53,564 nucleotides of DNA from a virus (taxonomy: Duplodnaviria > Caudoviricetes), in IMG/VR virus record IMGVR_UViG_3300032893_000063, positions 1 through 53,564 of that record. One strand, 5' to 3'. The position numbers were made by a program, and so were the translations under genes. The first letter of the stretch is position 1; the number at the start of each line of letters is the position of its first letter. Below, one piece after another: positions 30,701 to 39,221 of this stretch. The notes beneath the pieces are model-generated. The model saw only the letters and a program-made list of their open reading frames with translations. It did no database searches and was not told where the DNA came from.

Positions 30701-33700
30701 ATGGGGCAGTTAAAAGACTCAGCAATGGGGCTGTTACTGAGCCTGAGTTTCTTTACGGAAAGGATCTCAAAGAAAAGCGTGGGGGATTGTTTGATCCCAT
30801 TACAACAGGCGGAAAGTTTGGAGCCCATTACGCCCATATCGAACTTCCCGCAGCAATGCCTAACCCTGTCTTTGAGAAGGCGATCCGAACGCTCACAAAT
30901 CTTAAGCCAGGCGACTATAACGACATCATTGCCGGACTTAAGCATGTCAACGTGGACGGGGCTGTCTTAAGCGAGCCTGCCAAAAATACTCTTACGGGCG
31001 GTCCTGGTATCTCTAGACTCCTAGGCAGAATTGATATCGATCGCGATCTCAAGACGTTTAAAGATAATCTAGCAAAAGCTAAAAATGAGACTGAGGTAGA
31101 CATCCTCAATCGAAAGATGCGCTATCTTTCTGCGCTTAAGGAACTTAACCTTAAGCCCGAAGAAGCCTACATGAGAAAACTCGTCCCCGTAGTGCCACCC
31201 CAATACAGACCCGTTTACGAAACCCCAAAACAGGGTTTAAGGGTATCTCCGGTCAACTACCTCTACCAGAGCGTGGGACTCCTTTCCAAGTCACACGATT
31301 ACCCAGTCATGAAACTTCTCCCTGAGAGTGAGAAGGCAGAGCTCAACACGGATACGTATAAATCCACAAGAGCTCTTGCTGGACTTGAGCCTGTTCTTAC
31401 AAGAAGTAAGGATCATCCGATTGAGGGCTTCATTTCTCAGATCACCGGATCAAAGCCTAAAAAGGGCTTTTTTATCAGCAAGATCTTGGACCGAAGACAA
31501 GACCTAGTGGGTCGCGGTGTTATTACCGCCGCCCCAGATCTTGACGTGGATGAACTTGGAATTCCTGAAAAGATGGCTTGGAATATCTTCCGCCCATTTA
31601 TCGTAAGAGAATACACTGCGGCAGGAATCGGAGCCGACGTAGCTAGAAAAGAAATCGAGGCTCGTGATTCCAGGGCCAAGCAGATGCTTGAAGCTGCGAT
31701 GAACAAGAGAACCGTCTTGATGAATCGAGCCCCCTCTCTGCACAAATTCTCCATCATGTCCTTTAAGCCCAAGCTGACTGACGGTCTTGCCGTGAGGGTG
31801 CCGCCTCTTGTTTTGAAAGGGTTCGGAGGAGACTTCGACGGAGATGCAGTAACGATCCACGTTCCTACAAGCGACGAAGCTATCAATGAGTCTCGAAAGA
31901 TGTTCCCCTCAAATAACCTTTTTAAGCCGGGGACTGGCGAACTTATGATCATGCCATCTCAGGAAAGCGCTATTGGACTTTATTTCTTATCCCAAAGTGC
32001 TGAGGGTAGGAAAAAGATCAACTCTCTCCTTCCTGATAAGTTTAAGATAGACTCTGAGCTCAGCGCTAAGGCTGCCAGGCAGCTTTATAACAAGATCGCT
32101 AAAGAAGCCCCCAAGGATTACCACAACATTGTTTTTGATCTTAAAATGCTGGGGGATAAGACTGCCTATGAAAAGGGATTCTCAGTTGGCTTAAAAGACC
32201 TCGTCGTAGATACGGGGGTCAAGCAAAAGATCTTCTCAGCCGCAGATAAGAAAGCGGACGAAATTAAAAGAACAACTAAGCCTGGAATCGAACAAGATCG
32301 AAAGGTCTCGGATGTCTATAGCGCGGCTTCAAAAGAGGCTTACGAAACTATCAAGCGGGATTTGAAGGGTAAAAACAATAGCTTTTACCACATGGTTACA
32401 AGTGGTGCTCGCGGTAAGGACAGCCAACTCATGCAGCTACTCTCTGCGCCAGGAGTGGTTGCTGGGGCTAAAGATCGCCCAATTCCCATCCCGATTAAAA
32501 AGTCCTACGCAGAGGGGCTTAACACGAGTGATTACTTTGTTTCTTCTTACGGTGTTCGTAAGGGTATGACCGACCGGGTTCTTCAGACCTCTGCTCCAGG
32601 GGCGCTCAATAAAGAAATCATGGCAAGCACCCTAGATAACATTGTTACGGCTAGCGATTGCGGAACAGAAAGGGGAATCGATCTCCCTACCTCAAGTTCT
32701 GACGTCTACGATCGCTACCTCTCAAAAAGCCAAGCGGGGTTCCCAAGAAATACTCTTGTCACACCACAGCTCATCTCCGCATTGACTAAAAAGGGCGTCA
32801 AAACAATCCACGTCCGGTCCCCTTTAAAGTGCCTTGCGACCAAGGGAACCTGTGCGCATTGTTACGGAATTGACGAGCACGGACAACTTCCTCCAATTGG
32901 AGAAAATATCGGGGCCAAGTCTGGTCAGGCAATCTCTGAGCCGATGACCCAAATGACCATGAAGACTTTCCACACGGGTGGCGTGGCTGGAGAAGCCCCT
33001 GTTGCTAAGGGTTTCGAACGCATCAAACAGCTTCTTGAGATGCCTAAGCACACTGCCGGGGAAGCAACCCTTTCAAGAATCGATGGCCCAGTTACCAAGA
33101 TCGCGCCTGTGGCCACAGGAGGGTACGAAGTTCACGTGGGCACCGAGATTCACAAGGTACCCCCGCAGCGCGAGTTAAAAGTAAAGAAGGGAGACCATGT
33201 CTTGGCCGGAGATGTTCTTTCTTCGGGAGTGATCAAGCCCCAAGAGCTTCTCAAGTATAAGGGAATGCCCGCAGCCCAAAATTACATTGTCGACGAGCTT
33301 CATAAGGCTTATCAGGGGCAGGACATCCCTATGCAACGTAAAATCTTTGAAACCGTTGTGCGCTCCGTTGGGAATCTAACTCGCGTCGTTCATGCCCCAA
33401 AGCACGCTGAATTCAATGTGGGAGATATCATCCCCTACACCACCGCTGTTCACTATAACGAGACCCGGGCAGAAAAACTCCCTGCCTCCGAAGCTACTGG
33501 ATATCATTTACAATTCCCTGTTGGTAACCTCCCGCAATTCCACGTGATTACGGACAAGGACGTTTCTTATCTGAAGGGGATGGGATACAATCAAATAGAT
33601 GTGCTAAAGGAACCGCTCAAGCACGCACCTATTTTGACAGGTATTGATCGACTCCCGATCAATAAGAAAAATTGGATGGCGCAGCTAGGCTATCGCTACA

Positions 33701-33819
33701 TCAAAAACACGCTAACAGACGGAGCTGCTGAAGCGTGGAAAACAAAGTTGCAGGACACCCACCCCGTTCCTGCCTTTGCTTACGGTGCAACGTTTGGGCA
33801 GAAAAAGGAGCACTACTAA
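27721..33819 (+). CDS. Phage two-barrel RNA polymerase, fused beta + beta' polypeptide
   Basis: beta motifs HTPESEKIG, NDQGNRAMMG, DKLSGVHGNKGVI, LNPHGIIGRINLGQ; beta' motifs NRAPSLH, GGDFDGD, SGARG, SYAEGL, EPMTQMTMKTFHTGG. Confidence 0.95.
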   Translation: MRTFSGPEQFDALKKTVVESYQKLFPVQKDPNGASLHLNKIWVDDQALDPHDYVDQKKTRLAGNTWGAPVYASLELRDGTGKVVDRMEKVRLATIPRLTPRGSYIVGGNEYQVANQLRMKMGPYVVRTQKGDQYKAVLSLGGEFNKRPEIHFDPISNKYTAVIDQSRMPLYPLMHAMGVSDEEMRKNWGPEIFAANRVDPDKYVLRFAEKLTRTKTDNPQTASEAIKAYAKTAVTDPKVSEVTLGKAYPHLHPGMLLDTSKKLLNVYQEKAEPDDPENLLFKEVLSADDMLRDSLSQKQKVNNLKFMLARHLGKRTAIKDMINFKKLSAPVEYFFTHDDRVSTPEQYNPVHMLSETHKLTMTGTGGIKDPHTIMPEIREVHPSHVGFVDPVHTPESEKIGVMLHLTTGAMKEGRDVKTPVINTRTGKTEYLTPLELYRKNVAFPDEAKLSDGKVQWRSSQVKTQKLGKLGVVKPSEVEYVLPSQATLFSHSTNLIPFLQNDQGNRAMMGTKHLGQAIPLVAREAPLVQTDIGNGTTFHKAIGEQFSVHAPVDGKVTKVTPDHIEIGKTRIPLYNDFPLNQKTYLHHEPVVKVGDTVRKGQLLADSNFTKNGTLALGKNLTVAYVPYPGLTFEDGIVITESAAKKLASQNIYKHTFEVESGTRMADFKKYTAYYPNTVSKELKSKFDEDGVIRKGSLVNPNDLLIMGLKYDLASPENATLRRINKALQKPWSNAGVKYKGEFQGVVTDVVKRAGQIDVFVKAVEPAKESDKLSGVHGNKGVITKILPDNEAPRLANGTIPDVLLNPHGIIGRINLGQIYESAASKIAEKTGKPYVVKNFSGENINDKIQEELKKHGISDMEEMILPNGKSIGKVSVGKPYILRLAKTGKSGFSARMPMTSYDLNRQPVKGGEEGTKALDLMTFYSMLSHGAKKNLIDAHQKSEQNDEYWHAIEMGKPLPAPKPTFAFNKFISLLHGAGINTVKQGQDVVLAPLTDGAVKRLSNGAVTEPEFLYGKDLKEKRGGLFDPITTGGKFGAHYAHIELPAAMPNPVFEKAIRTLTNLKPGDYNDIIAGLKHVNVDGAVLSEPAKNTLTGGPGISRLLGRIDIDRDLKTFKDNLAKAKNETEVDILNRKMRYLSALKELNLKPEEAYMRKLVPVVPPQYRPVYETPKQGLRVSPVNYLYQSVGLLSKSHDYPVMKLLPESEKAELNTDTYKSTRALAGLEPVLTRSKDHPIEGFISQITGSKPKKGFFISKILDRRQDLVGRGVITAAPDLDVDELGIPEKMAWNIFRPFIVREYTAAGIGADVARKEIEARDSRAKQMLEAAMNKRTVLMNRAPSLHKFSIMSFKPKLTDGLAVRVPPLVLKGFGGDFDGDAVTIHVPTSDEAINESRKMFPSNNLFKPGTGELMIMPSQESAIGLYFLSQSAEGRKKINSLLPDKFKIDSELSAKAARQLYNKIAKEAPKDYHNIVFDLKMLGDKTAYEKGFSVGLKDLVVDTGVKQKIFSAADKKADEIKRTTKPGIEQDRKVSDVYSAASKEAYETIKRDLKGKNNSFYHMVTSGARGKDSQLMQLLSAPGVVAGAKDRPIPIPIKKSYAEGLNTSDYFVSSYGVRKGMTDRVLQTSAPGALNKEIMASTLDNIVTASDCGTERGIDLPTSSSDVYDRYLSKSQAGFPRNTLVTPQLISALTKKGVKTIHVRSPLKCLATKGTCAHCYGIDEHGQLPPIGENIGAKSGQAISEPMTQMTMKTFHTGGVAGEAPVAKGFERIKQLLEMPKHTAGEATLSRIDGPVTKIAPVATGGYEVHVGTEIHKVPPQRELKVKKGDHVLAGDVLSSGVIKPQELLKYKGMPAAQNYIVDELHKAYQGQDIPMQRKIFETVVRSVGNLTRVVHAPKHAEFNVGDIIPYTTAVHYNETRAEKLPASEATGYHLQFPVGNLPQFHVITDKDVSYLKGMGYNQIDVLKEPLKHAPILTGIDRLPINKKNWMAQLGYRYIKNTLTDGAAEAWKTKLQDTHPVPAFAYGATFGQKKEHY

Positions 33820-34295
33820 TGTTTTCGGAAGGCTTCGAAAAATCAGCAGCGGTAAGGGAAGTGGGAAGAGCCGCAGGTAAATTTGTTTCTGCCCCATTCA
33901 AAGCTTTGGGGGCCGCAGGATTAGAAGCAGCACGGGGAGCTCGTCGGGGTGCCAAGGGTTTCGCCGAAGGTTTGGCTTCTGGATTGCCCATGAAAAGACT
34001 CTCACCCTCTATGAAAGTAAAGCCAGAGCGCGGGGCTGGATTGGCTTATAAGCACGTTTCTAGAGAAGCACGCCAGGGTAAACTGCCTGTCTCAATGCCA
34101 ACTGCTTATAAGTTCGAAAAGGAAAAAGTTCAGCAGAAGATGAAGGAGAGACTGAAGAAAATCAAAGAAGGCCCATCCTTCGTTTCCAAGCATCCCCTTC
34201 TTTCTGCTGTTGGAGCCTACGCAGGCTATAAGTACCTTACGTCACCTTCTGATGATAAGACTCCTGAGCCACAGGTTTATAGGCCATCTTACTAA
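33819..34295 (+). CDS. FxxGFxKTA-family basic protein
   Basis: TAATG-coupled start MFSEGFEKSAA. Confidence 0.65.
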   Translation: MFSEGFEKSAAVREVGRAAGKFVSAPFKALGAAGLEAARGARRGAKGFAEGLASGLPMKRLSPSMKVKPERGAGLAYKHVSREARQGKLPVSMPTAYKFEKEKVQQKMKERLKKIKEGPSFVSKHPLLSAVGAYAGYKYLTSPSDDKTPEPQVYRPSY

Positions 34296-34297
34296 TC

Positions 34298-35035
34298 ATG
34301 TTTACTGACGGCTATGAGAAGACCGCAGCCAAAGTAAAAAAGAAATCTGAGCAAAGGCCAGATCCTAACGCTCGTCCCCATCTTCTCTATCCTGCTGTCC
34401 CAGAGAATTTCGATGGGTGGCCAGATAAGACTGCTCAGCCTGTAAATTTCAAAGGAATCCGTATCCCCGGAACTACGTCAGTTCCAAAGGTACCCTCACT
34501 TCAGCCCGCTATGAGAACAGCCCCGCCCAGACAACCCCACATGGCGGCAACAAAAGTGGGACTACCTCAAGCACAAACGCAACCCTCAATGAAGCCTTTG
34601 CCTACCGCGCCTCACGCGAGCGCTATTGGCAAACCACCGGGAGCACTTCCTCCAGGTGTATCTGTAAAAGACCAATTCGGAAGAATGAAAACGGGTGCTG
34701 TCGGATCTCAGTTTGCAAAGCCCCCGCAGTTGGGGTTGCCTAAGGCGTGGCCTATTGGTAAACCAATTACGCCCAAACCACGAAACCCAATCTATACTCC
34801 AGCGGCACATTTGAAAGACGAATTTGGAAAGGTAAAAGATCTCCCCGCCAATATCCCCATGCCAACTAAGGTTGCGGCAGCAAAACCAGTGTTTGGAAAG
34901 ATGAAGGCAAAGCCGCTTCTCTCCACTTTAAGAGAAGCGTTTGTTGGACCCCAATTGCAGACTGAACCATTGGGAGCGACAATGCCAAACCAAGGTACGG
35001 GTGGCGGCATCACCGGAGGATATGGATCAAACTGA
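34298..35035 (+). CDS. FxxGFxKTA-family Pro/Lys-rich protein
   Basis: MFTDGYEKTAA. Confidence 0.65.
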   Translation: MFTDGYEKTAAKVKKKSEQRPDPNARPHLLYPAVPENFDGWPDKTAQPVNFKGIRIPGTTSVPKVPSLQPAMRTAPPRQPHMAATKVGLPQAQTQPSMKPLPTAPHASAIGKPPGALPPGVSVKDQFGRMKTGAVGSQFAKPPQLGLPKAWPIGKPITPKPRNPIYTPAAHLKDEFGKVKDLPANIPMPTKVAAAKPVFGKMKAKPLLSTLREAFVGPQLQTEPLGATMPNQGTGGGITGGYGSN

Positions 35036-35243
35036 ATTTCAGAAATGGGTAAGATTAGCGATGGACGAAGGAATACGGCTTACCCAAGAATTCGAGGTCC
35101 ATAAGTCAACAGTCAAGAAATGGGCTTCCGGGGTGGCGATTCCGCTGCCGCTCATGCAGTGCCTCATTGTGCGATACATTCAAAAGCGACTGGAAAAGAA
35201 AAAGCTAAAAAATTGCCCCAAAGGGGCGAGTGGGGCAGGCTAA
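35022..35243 (+). CDS. Small HTH-like protein
   Basis: GGAGG RBS; FEVHKSTVKKWASG..P resembles an XRE-type recognition helix. Confidence 0.5.
   Translation: MDQTEFQKWVRLAMDEGIRLTQEFEVHKSTVKKWASGVAIPLPLMQCLIVRYIQKRLEKKKLKNCPKGASGAG
35203..35237 (-). terminator. Intrinsic terminator: hairpin then ATTTTTTAGCT
   Basis: tgcccca/tggggca stem plus the conserved tail. Confidence 0.65.
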
Positions 35244-35390
35244 CCCCAATGCCTCAAACCTTCGTGAGCAGCACCCCTTTCGGGGCCAGACTCGCTAGGG
35301 TTTGAGGTAGGGCCTTAGCCTAAGACCCCGCATTATCCACTCCATCGGACGCTGGCGGGTAAAGAGATAAACATATCTCTTCCTCACTTA
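35203..35390 (-). ncRNA. Candidate structured small RNA (~180 nt)
   Basis: Own GGTATAAG promoter and terminator, four consecutive hairpins, only short mini-ORFs. Confidence 0.5.
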
Positions 35391-35391
35391 T

Positions 35392-35399
35392 CTTATACC
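35392..35399 (-). promoter_or_regulatory. Conserved phage promoter GGTATAAG
   Basis: Same 8-mer. Confidence 0.65.
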
Positions 35400-35402
35400 C
35401 GA

Positions 35403-35861
35403 TTATAGGGTATTCAGGAATGTCTCTAGTTGAGGAAGGATTTCTGGTTTTGCGAGATTGAAAACTGGGATTCCATTCTCTGCTGCTACCATAATCGCAG
35501 TTCTTGTCCCGCCCACCGCCTTGCCTTCTTTAGTCCAGCAGACAACGAATTCAGACGGGGTATGAAGATCTCGTCCAAGAACCTGTAATACATTCCGACC
35601 ATGATACCCACGTGATAAACGATCACAAGCACCCCAATTCGGATGAATCTTGCTAGCGATTTGTTCAGCTGCCTCGGTAGTATCGGTAGCATAATAAATC
35701 TCCTTTTCTTTAGCCCCTCTTTCAAAAGCTTGATCAGCGCCGATAGCTCCGCCTGATCTCAGAGTAAACCTCAAGTTAACTAAATGCTCGGCGATTGATG
35801 TCATCATTTTTTGAACGGCTATTGGAGTTTGTCTCGACCCAACTCCGGTGTAATAACGCAT
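35403..35861 (-). CDS. SLOG/DprA-like (Smf) nucleotide-binding protein
   Basis: YTGVGSR, LRSGGAIGAD, VVCWT...GGTRTAI...IPVFNL. Confidence 0.8.
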   Translation of the reverse strand: MRYYTGVGSRQTPIAVQKMMTSIAEHLVNLRFTLRSGGAIGADQAFERGAKEKEIYYATDTTEAAEQIASKIHPNWGACDRLSRGYHGRNVLQVLGRDLHTPSEFVVCWTKEGKAVGGTRTAIMVAAENGIPVFNLAKPEILPQLETFLNTL

Positions 35862-36169
35862 TCTTGGATCTCCTCGGGGTCAGCCTCTAGCCTCTCGAAA
35901 TGCTCTTTTGTTTCTTCGGAGAGTGTGATGAGCCCTTTATCTAGACAATAGCGCATGGACTCAATGTAGAGAGGGCCTAAATGAAAGGTGTGCGCCTTGT
36001 AGACGTGAATCAGATCGAAAAGATAATTATCATCCGCAATAGATTCTTCTGAGAGTTGTTCGAAGTAAGGGGCGTTCTCTTTAATAAAGTCTCGCATTCC
36101 GCCTACATCATGCTCTCGCATAATCCGTAGTAGTTCATATTTCTGGTCTCGGAGAGGCATCTTCTTCAT
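35819..36169 (-). CDS. Hypothetical protein
   Basis: Coupled ORF. Confidence 0.55.
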   Translation of the reverse strand: MKKMPLRDQKYELLRIMREHDVGGMRDFIKENAPYFEQLSEESIADDNYLFDLIHVYKAHTFHLGPLYIESMRYCLDKGLITLSEETKEHFERLEADPEEIQECVITPELGRDKLQ

Positions 36170-36534
36170 TAGTCCTCCGAAATCATTTTAAGGAACACAA
36201 GATCAGAATCGTTACACCAACGATCCCAATTGTGAAACTTATCGCAGCTTGGGCTCTTATAGCCAAGTCTAGCGATCTGCTGAGTCCCCACGTGGATGTA
36301 CTTGGCGATATATTCCTTGTCCCACTTTTCCCAATCCTTGTACTTCTGATCCAGGTCATTACAGCGAAGCCAGCTTTCCTGAATGGGCTCGTAGGTCCTG
36401 GGGTTAATCCTTCTACCAGAATATTCCGCCTCATCGTCGTCAGCAGACAGGACGCAGTTGTGAAGCTTGATTTCAACTAGCTGATCCGAACGTACTTGGC
36501 AGTCGTTCTTGCGATCATAAAAGAGTGCAATCAT
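36169..36534 (-). CDS. Hypothetical protein
   Basis: Coupled ORF. Confidence 0.55.
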   Translation of the reverse strand: MIALFYDRKNDCQVRSDQLVEIKLHNCVLSADDDEAEYSGRRINPRTYEPIQESWLRCNDLDQKYKDWEKWDKEYIAKYIHVGTQQIARLGYKSPSCDKFHNWDRWCNDSDLVFLKMISED

Positions 36535-36592
36535 AAATTCCTAATTTCCTAAAAGAAATGGGGGCGAGATTTCTCCCGCCCCCAGAGACTAC

Positions 36593-37009
36593 TCAGAACG
36601 GAATGTCGTCATTTGCGGCAGCTCCGCCTGCAGCCGGAGCCGCAGAAGCAGCAGCGCCTGCAGCCGCAGGCTTCCCGGCACCCGCTCCGCCCAGGAACTG
36701 AACCCGATCAGCGACGATCTCGGTGGTGTAATTCTTCTTCCCTTCCTTGTCGTCCCACTGGCGAGTCTGAAGGCGACCCTCGATATAGACCTCGCGACCT
36801 TTCGAGAGATACTGCTGGCAGAGTTCCGCAGTCTTATTCCAGACCACGATCTTGTGCCATTCCGTCTTCTCCTGCTTGTTTCCAGATTTGTCCGTCCAGT
36901 TCTCATTGGTTGCAATACTGAAGTTCGCTACAGCAGCCCCAGCCGGTGTATAACGCACCTCCGGGTTCTGCCCCAGCCGACCAATAAGAATCACCTTATT
37001 TACACTCAT
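36593..37009 (-). CDS. ssb: Single-stranded DNA-binding protein
   Basis: [30 protein letters not shown]-terminal DDIPF. Confidence 0.95.
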   Translation of the reverse strand: MSVNKVILIGRLGQNPEVRYTPAGAAVANFSIATNENWTDKSGNKQEKTEWHKIVVWNKTAELCQQYLSKGREVYIEGRLQTRQWDDKEGKKNYTTEIVADRVQFLGGAGAGKPAAAGAAASAAPAAGGAAANDDIPF

Positions 37010-37075
37010 CTCATTCTCCTTAAAAGGCTCGTGGGAAGGGATAGAGGCTCCCCACGAGCCCGGTTGTGTTTTCTG

Positions 37076-37237
37076 CTACGGATCAACGATCAACACCATA
37101 GCAGCGCCTAGGATCATTGCCGCAAGAATATCGAAGGGAATCCCAACGCCTCCTGCAACAACCAGGATTAAAGCGCCTGACCCAACTACTTGAGCCATCT
37201 TCTTTTTTCCTGTTTTGGAGGGCCTACTTCCGTTCAT
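37076..37237 (-). CDS. 53-aa two-TM membrane protein (not in ORF track)
   Basis: GGAGG RBS; MNGSRPSKTGKKKMAQVVGSGALILVVAGG...; first gene after the promoter. Confidence 0.6.
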   Translation of the reverse strand: MNGSRPSKTGKKKMAQVVGSGALILVVAGGVGIPFDILAAMILGAAMVLIVDP

Positions 37238-37260
37238 GGATAAGTCCTCCTTCCAGAGAG

Positions 37261-37268
37261 CTTATACC
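37261..37268 (-). promoter_or_regulatory. Conserved phage promoter GGTATAAG
   Basis: Same 8-mer. Confidence 0.75.
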
Positions 37269-37317
37269 AAAGAGAGGGAACTTTGTTCCTTTTAGTTTTG
37301 CTGTTATGATTGGGAAT

Positions 37318-38451
37318 ATGGCAATAGAAAAGAGCCCTTACGAGGGGACTTTCGATTCCCTAAATGGCCGCGCAGCTCTAGGTCGCGTAGTTGACGTAGA
37401 CGTAACTAATCGACGTTGCCGAGTAAAAACGCTAGGGATGCAATCCCCAAAACTAATGTCGGGCAAGGGAACGGGAACCGGTACCGATGACCACGACATC
37501 CCAGATGTACAATGGATCACCACTTCCGCAAGCGACGCAGGTGCCGAAGATACTTCTATTCCCCAAGTAGGGCAGCTTGGAGTTTTACTCTACATCAATC
37601 ATGAGCCGTATCTTATCGGCTTCTTCAGAGCACTTCAGCCGCAAGGAACAGGAGAAGAATCTGGTCCGCTAGAGGACCTGGTCACTCAAGGTGATCGCAT
37701 TCTTACAACGATCGGCGGAAATAGTGTCATTCTAAGATCTGGTGGGTCCGTTGAAGTTAAAAGCACGGCTCTATGTCGCACTTACTGGCTACCCTCTAAC
37801 ATCCTCTCATCTGTTTGCCAGGAGTGGGAGCTTTCCACCGACGGAGGTTTTACTCAGTGGGTGAGAGATAAGACCAATAACGACACGCTTCTTGAATTCT
37901 TTATCCAAGATAATCAGCAACCCACAAATTGTATTGATCTTCAGCTAGGAAATTCTGATAACGGGAACACCCTAGATTTCGTTATGGGTGAGGTGGACGG
38001 AGATACGTTTGATTTCGTATCTCAGAAGATCTCGCTTTCCATTGATCCTGACGGAACCCTGACTGTGAATGTAGGGATCGGGAATAAAGCGACGCTGGTA
38101 ATTGATGCAAATACTGGCGATACGACATTTACCACTCAAGGTAATCTTACTCAAACCGTCCAGGGGAATGTCAGCCAAACTGTGCAAGGAAACGTCACGC
38201 AGAATGTGACCGGGGATGTGTCAGCCACGATCAGCGGCAAAATGTCTTCAACCGTAACCGGAGAAGTGGACATCACTACAAGTGCAGATGCGACCATCAA
38301 AGCAAGTGGGACCGTAGACGTTGAGGCTCCAAAAATAAAATTAAACGGAGAAGCTTCCGGGGTAACAACCGCCAACTCACACCAGGGAGTTATCGACTTT
38401 ATTACCGGAGTCCCTGTTTTGCCTAGCGAAACCACTTATTCCGATATCTAA
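37318..38451 (+). CDS. Baseplate central spike (gp5/gpV-like)
   Basis: N-terminal OB-fold (GRVVDVD...CRV...PQVGQ) and C-terminal VQGNVxQT octapeptide beta-helix; start moved to MAIEKS. Confidence 0.8.
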   Translation: MAIEKSPYEGTFDSLNGRAALGRVVDVDVTNRRCRVKTLGMQSPKLMSGKGTGTGTDDHDIPDVQWITTSASDAGAEDTSIPQVGQLGVLLYINHEPYLIGFFRALQPQGTGEESGPLEDLVTQGDRILTTIGGNSVILRSGGSVEVKSTALCRTYWLPSNILSSVCQEWELSTDGGFTQWVRDKTNNDTLLEFFIQDNQQPTNCIDLQLGNSDNGNTLDFVMGEVDGDTFDFVSQKISLSIDPDGTLTVNVGIGNKATLVIDANTGDTTFTTQGNLTQTVQGNVSQTVQGNVTQNVTGDVSATISGKMSSTVTGEVDITTSADATIKASGTVDVEAPKIKLNGEASGVTTANSHQGVIDFITGVPVLPSETTYSDI

Positions 38452-38460
38452 GAGGATATA

Positions 38461-39168
38461 ATGCCGGTTGTTGGCCCAGTCCTATCCGGACTCATAGAAA
38501 CCAACGTAGATTCTTTCATGGGGGCGCTTCACGGAGTTCATCCGCTGTCCCAAGAAAATCCAGCATATTTCATCGCTCTATGTACAGCAGTGGGAACCGG
38601 AATCGCTCTGGGAAGTCCCCTCATTACATTTACGACCAGCGATAGCGGACTAACGGCTGTGCCGCCCGTTCCTGGTGTCGGGTCTGGGATTGGCATTGTG
38701 ATTGACGATTCCTACTTTAGAGAACAGATTTATATCAACGCACGAAACGCCATCCTCGCTCGTTTTGGCGAAACAAATCATGATCCTTATCCCCCTTCCG
38801 CAGGGAATAGCGGGGAGTATCTCGACGCTCTTGCTCATGGTATTGCCGTCTCCGTAAAAACCCACTTTTCTACAGCATGGATTCTTACCTCGGCCCATCC
38901 CCAGGTTTATCAGGGCACTGGCACAATCAGTGATGGAAACTTTAGCGGACTTTCGAGCTCTCTAGTAAAATCCTCTATTGTAGCCTCAGGGCCAACCCTG
39001 CTAGGCATATACTTTCCAGACCTGGCTCAAGCTATAGCAGATGCCTATGTATCGACGATTGAGACCATGTCGACAGGAACCGTTACTATTACAGGGGTTT
39101 GCGTGCCCTCGATTAGTCAGGTCTGCGCCGTTCCCGGTTCGGGATCTGGAACAGGGACTGCTACCTAA
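38461..39168 (+). CDS. Putative spike-associated baseplate protein
   Basis: Follows the spike; internal two-fold repeat ending G-x-G-x-G. Confidence 0.5.
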   Translation: MPVVGPVLSGLIETNVDSFMGALHGVHPLSQENPAYFIALCTAVGTGIALGSPLITFTTSDSGLTAVPPVPGVGSGIGIVIDDSYFREQIYINARNAILARFGETNHDPYPPSAGNSGEYLDALAHGIAVSVKTHFSTAWILTSAHPQVYQGTGTISDGNFSGLSSSLVKSSIVASGPTLLGIYFPDLAQAIADAYVSTIETMSTGTVTITGVCVPSISQVCAVPGSGSGTGTAT

Positions 39169-39221
39169 ACCCTAGGAACTATTGTAAGATAGAGGAAGTA
39201 TCTACCCAAGGAGACTTTGAC

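Noticed and set aside
27721-33819. Bacterial fused rpoBC (Helicobacter/Wolbachia type)
   Set aside because: Too short, altered motifs, no ribosomal-protein context, and surrounded by phage genes
35238-35320. Bona fide SRP (4.5S) RNA
   Set aside because: The conserved CAGG/AGCA loop adenines are U; kept only as an unknown ncRNA
37117-37317. N-terminal extension of the spike ORF given in the track
   Set aside because: It overlaps a - strand gene with a good RBS and its promoter; the ATG at 37318 is more plausible
37318-39168. T6SS/eCIS VgrG locus
   Set aside because: Portal, terminase and DNA polymerase show a true phage
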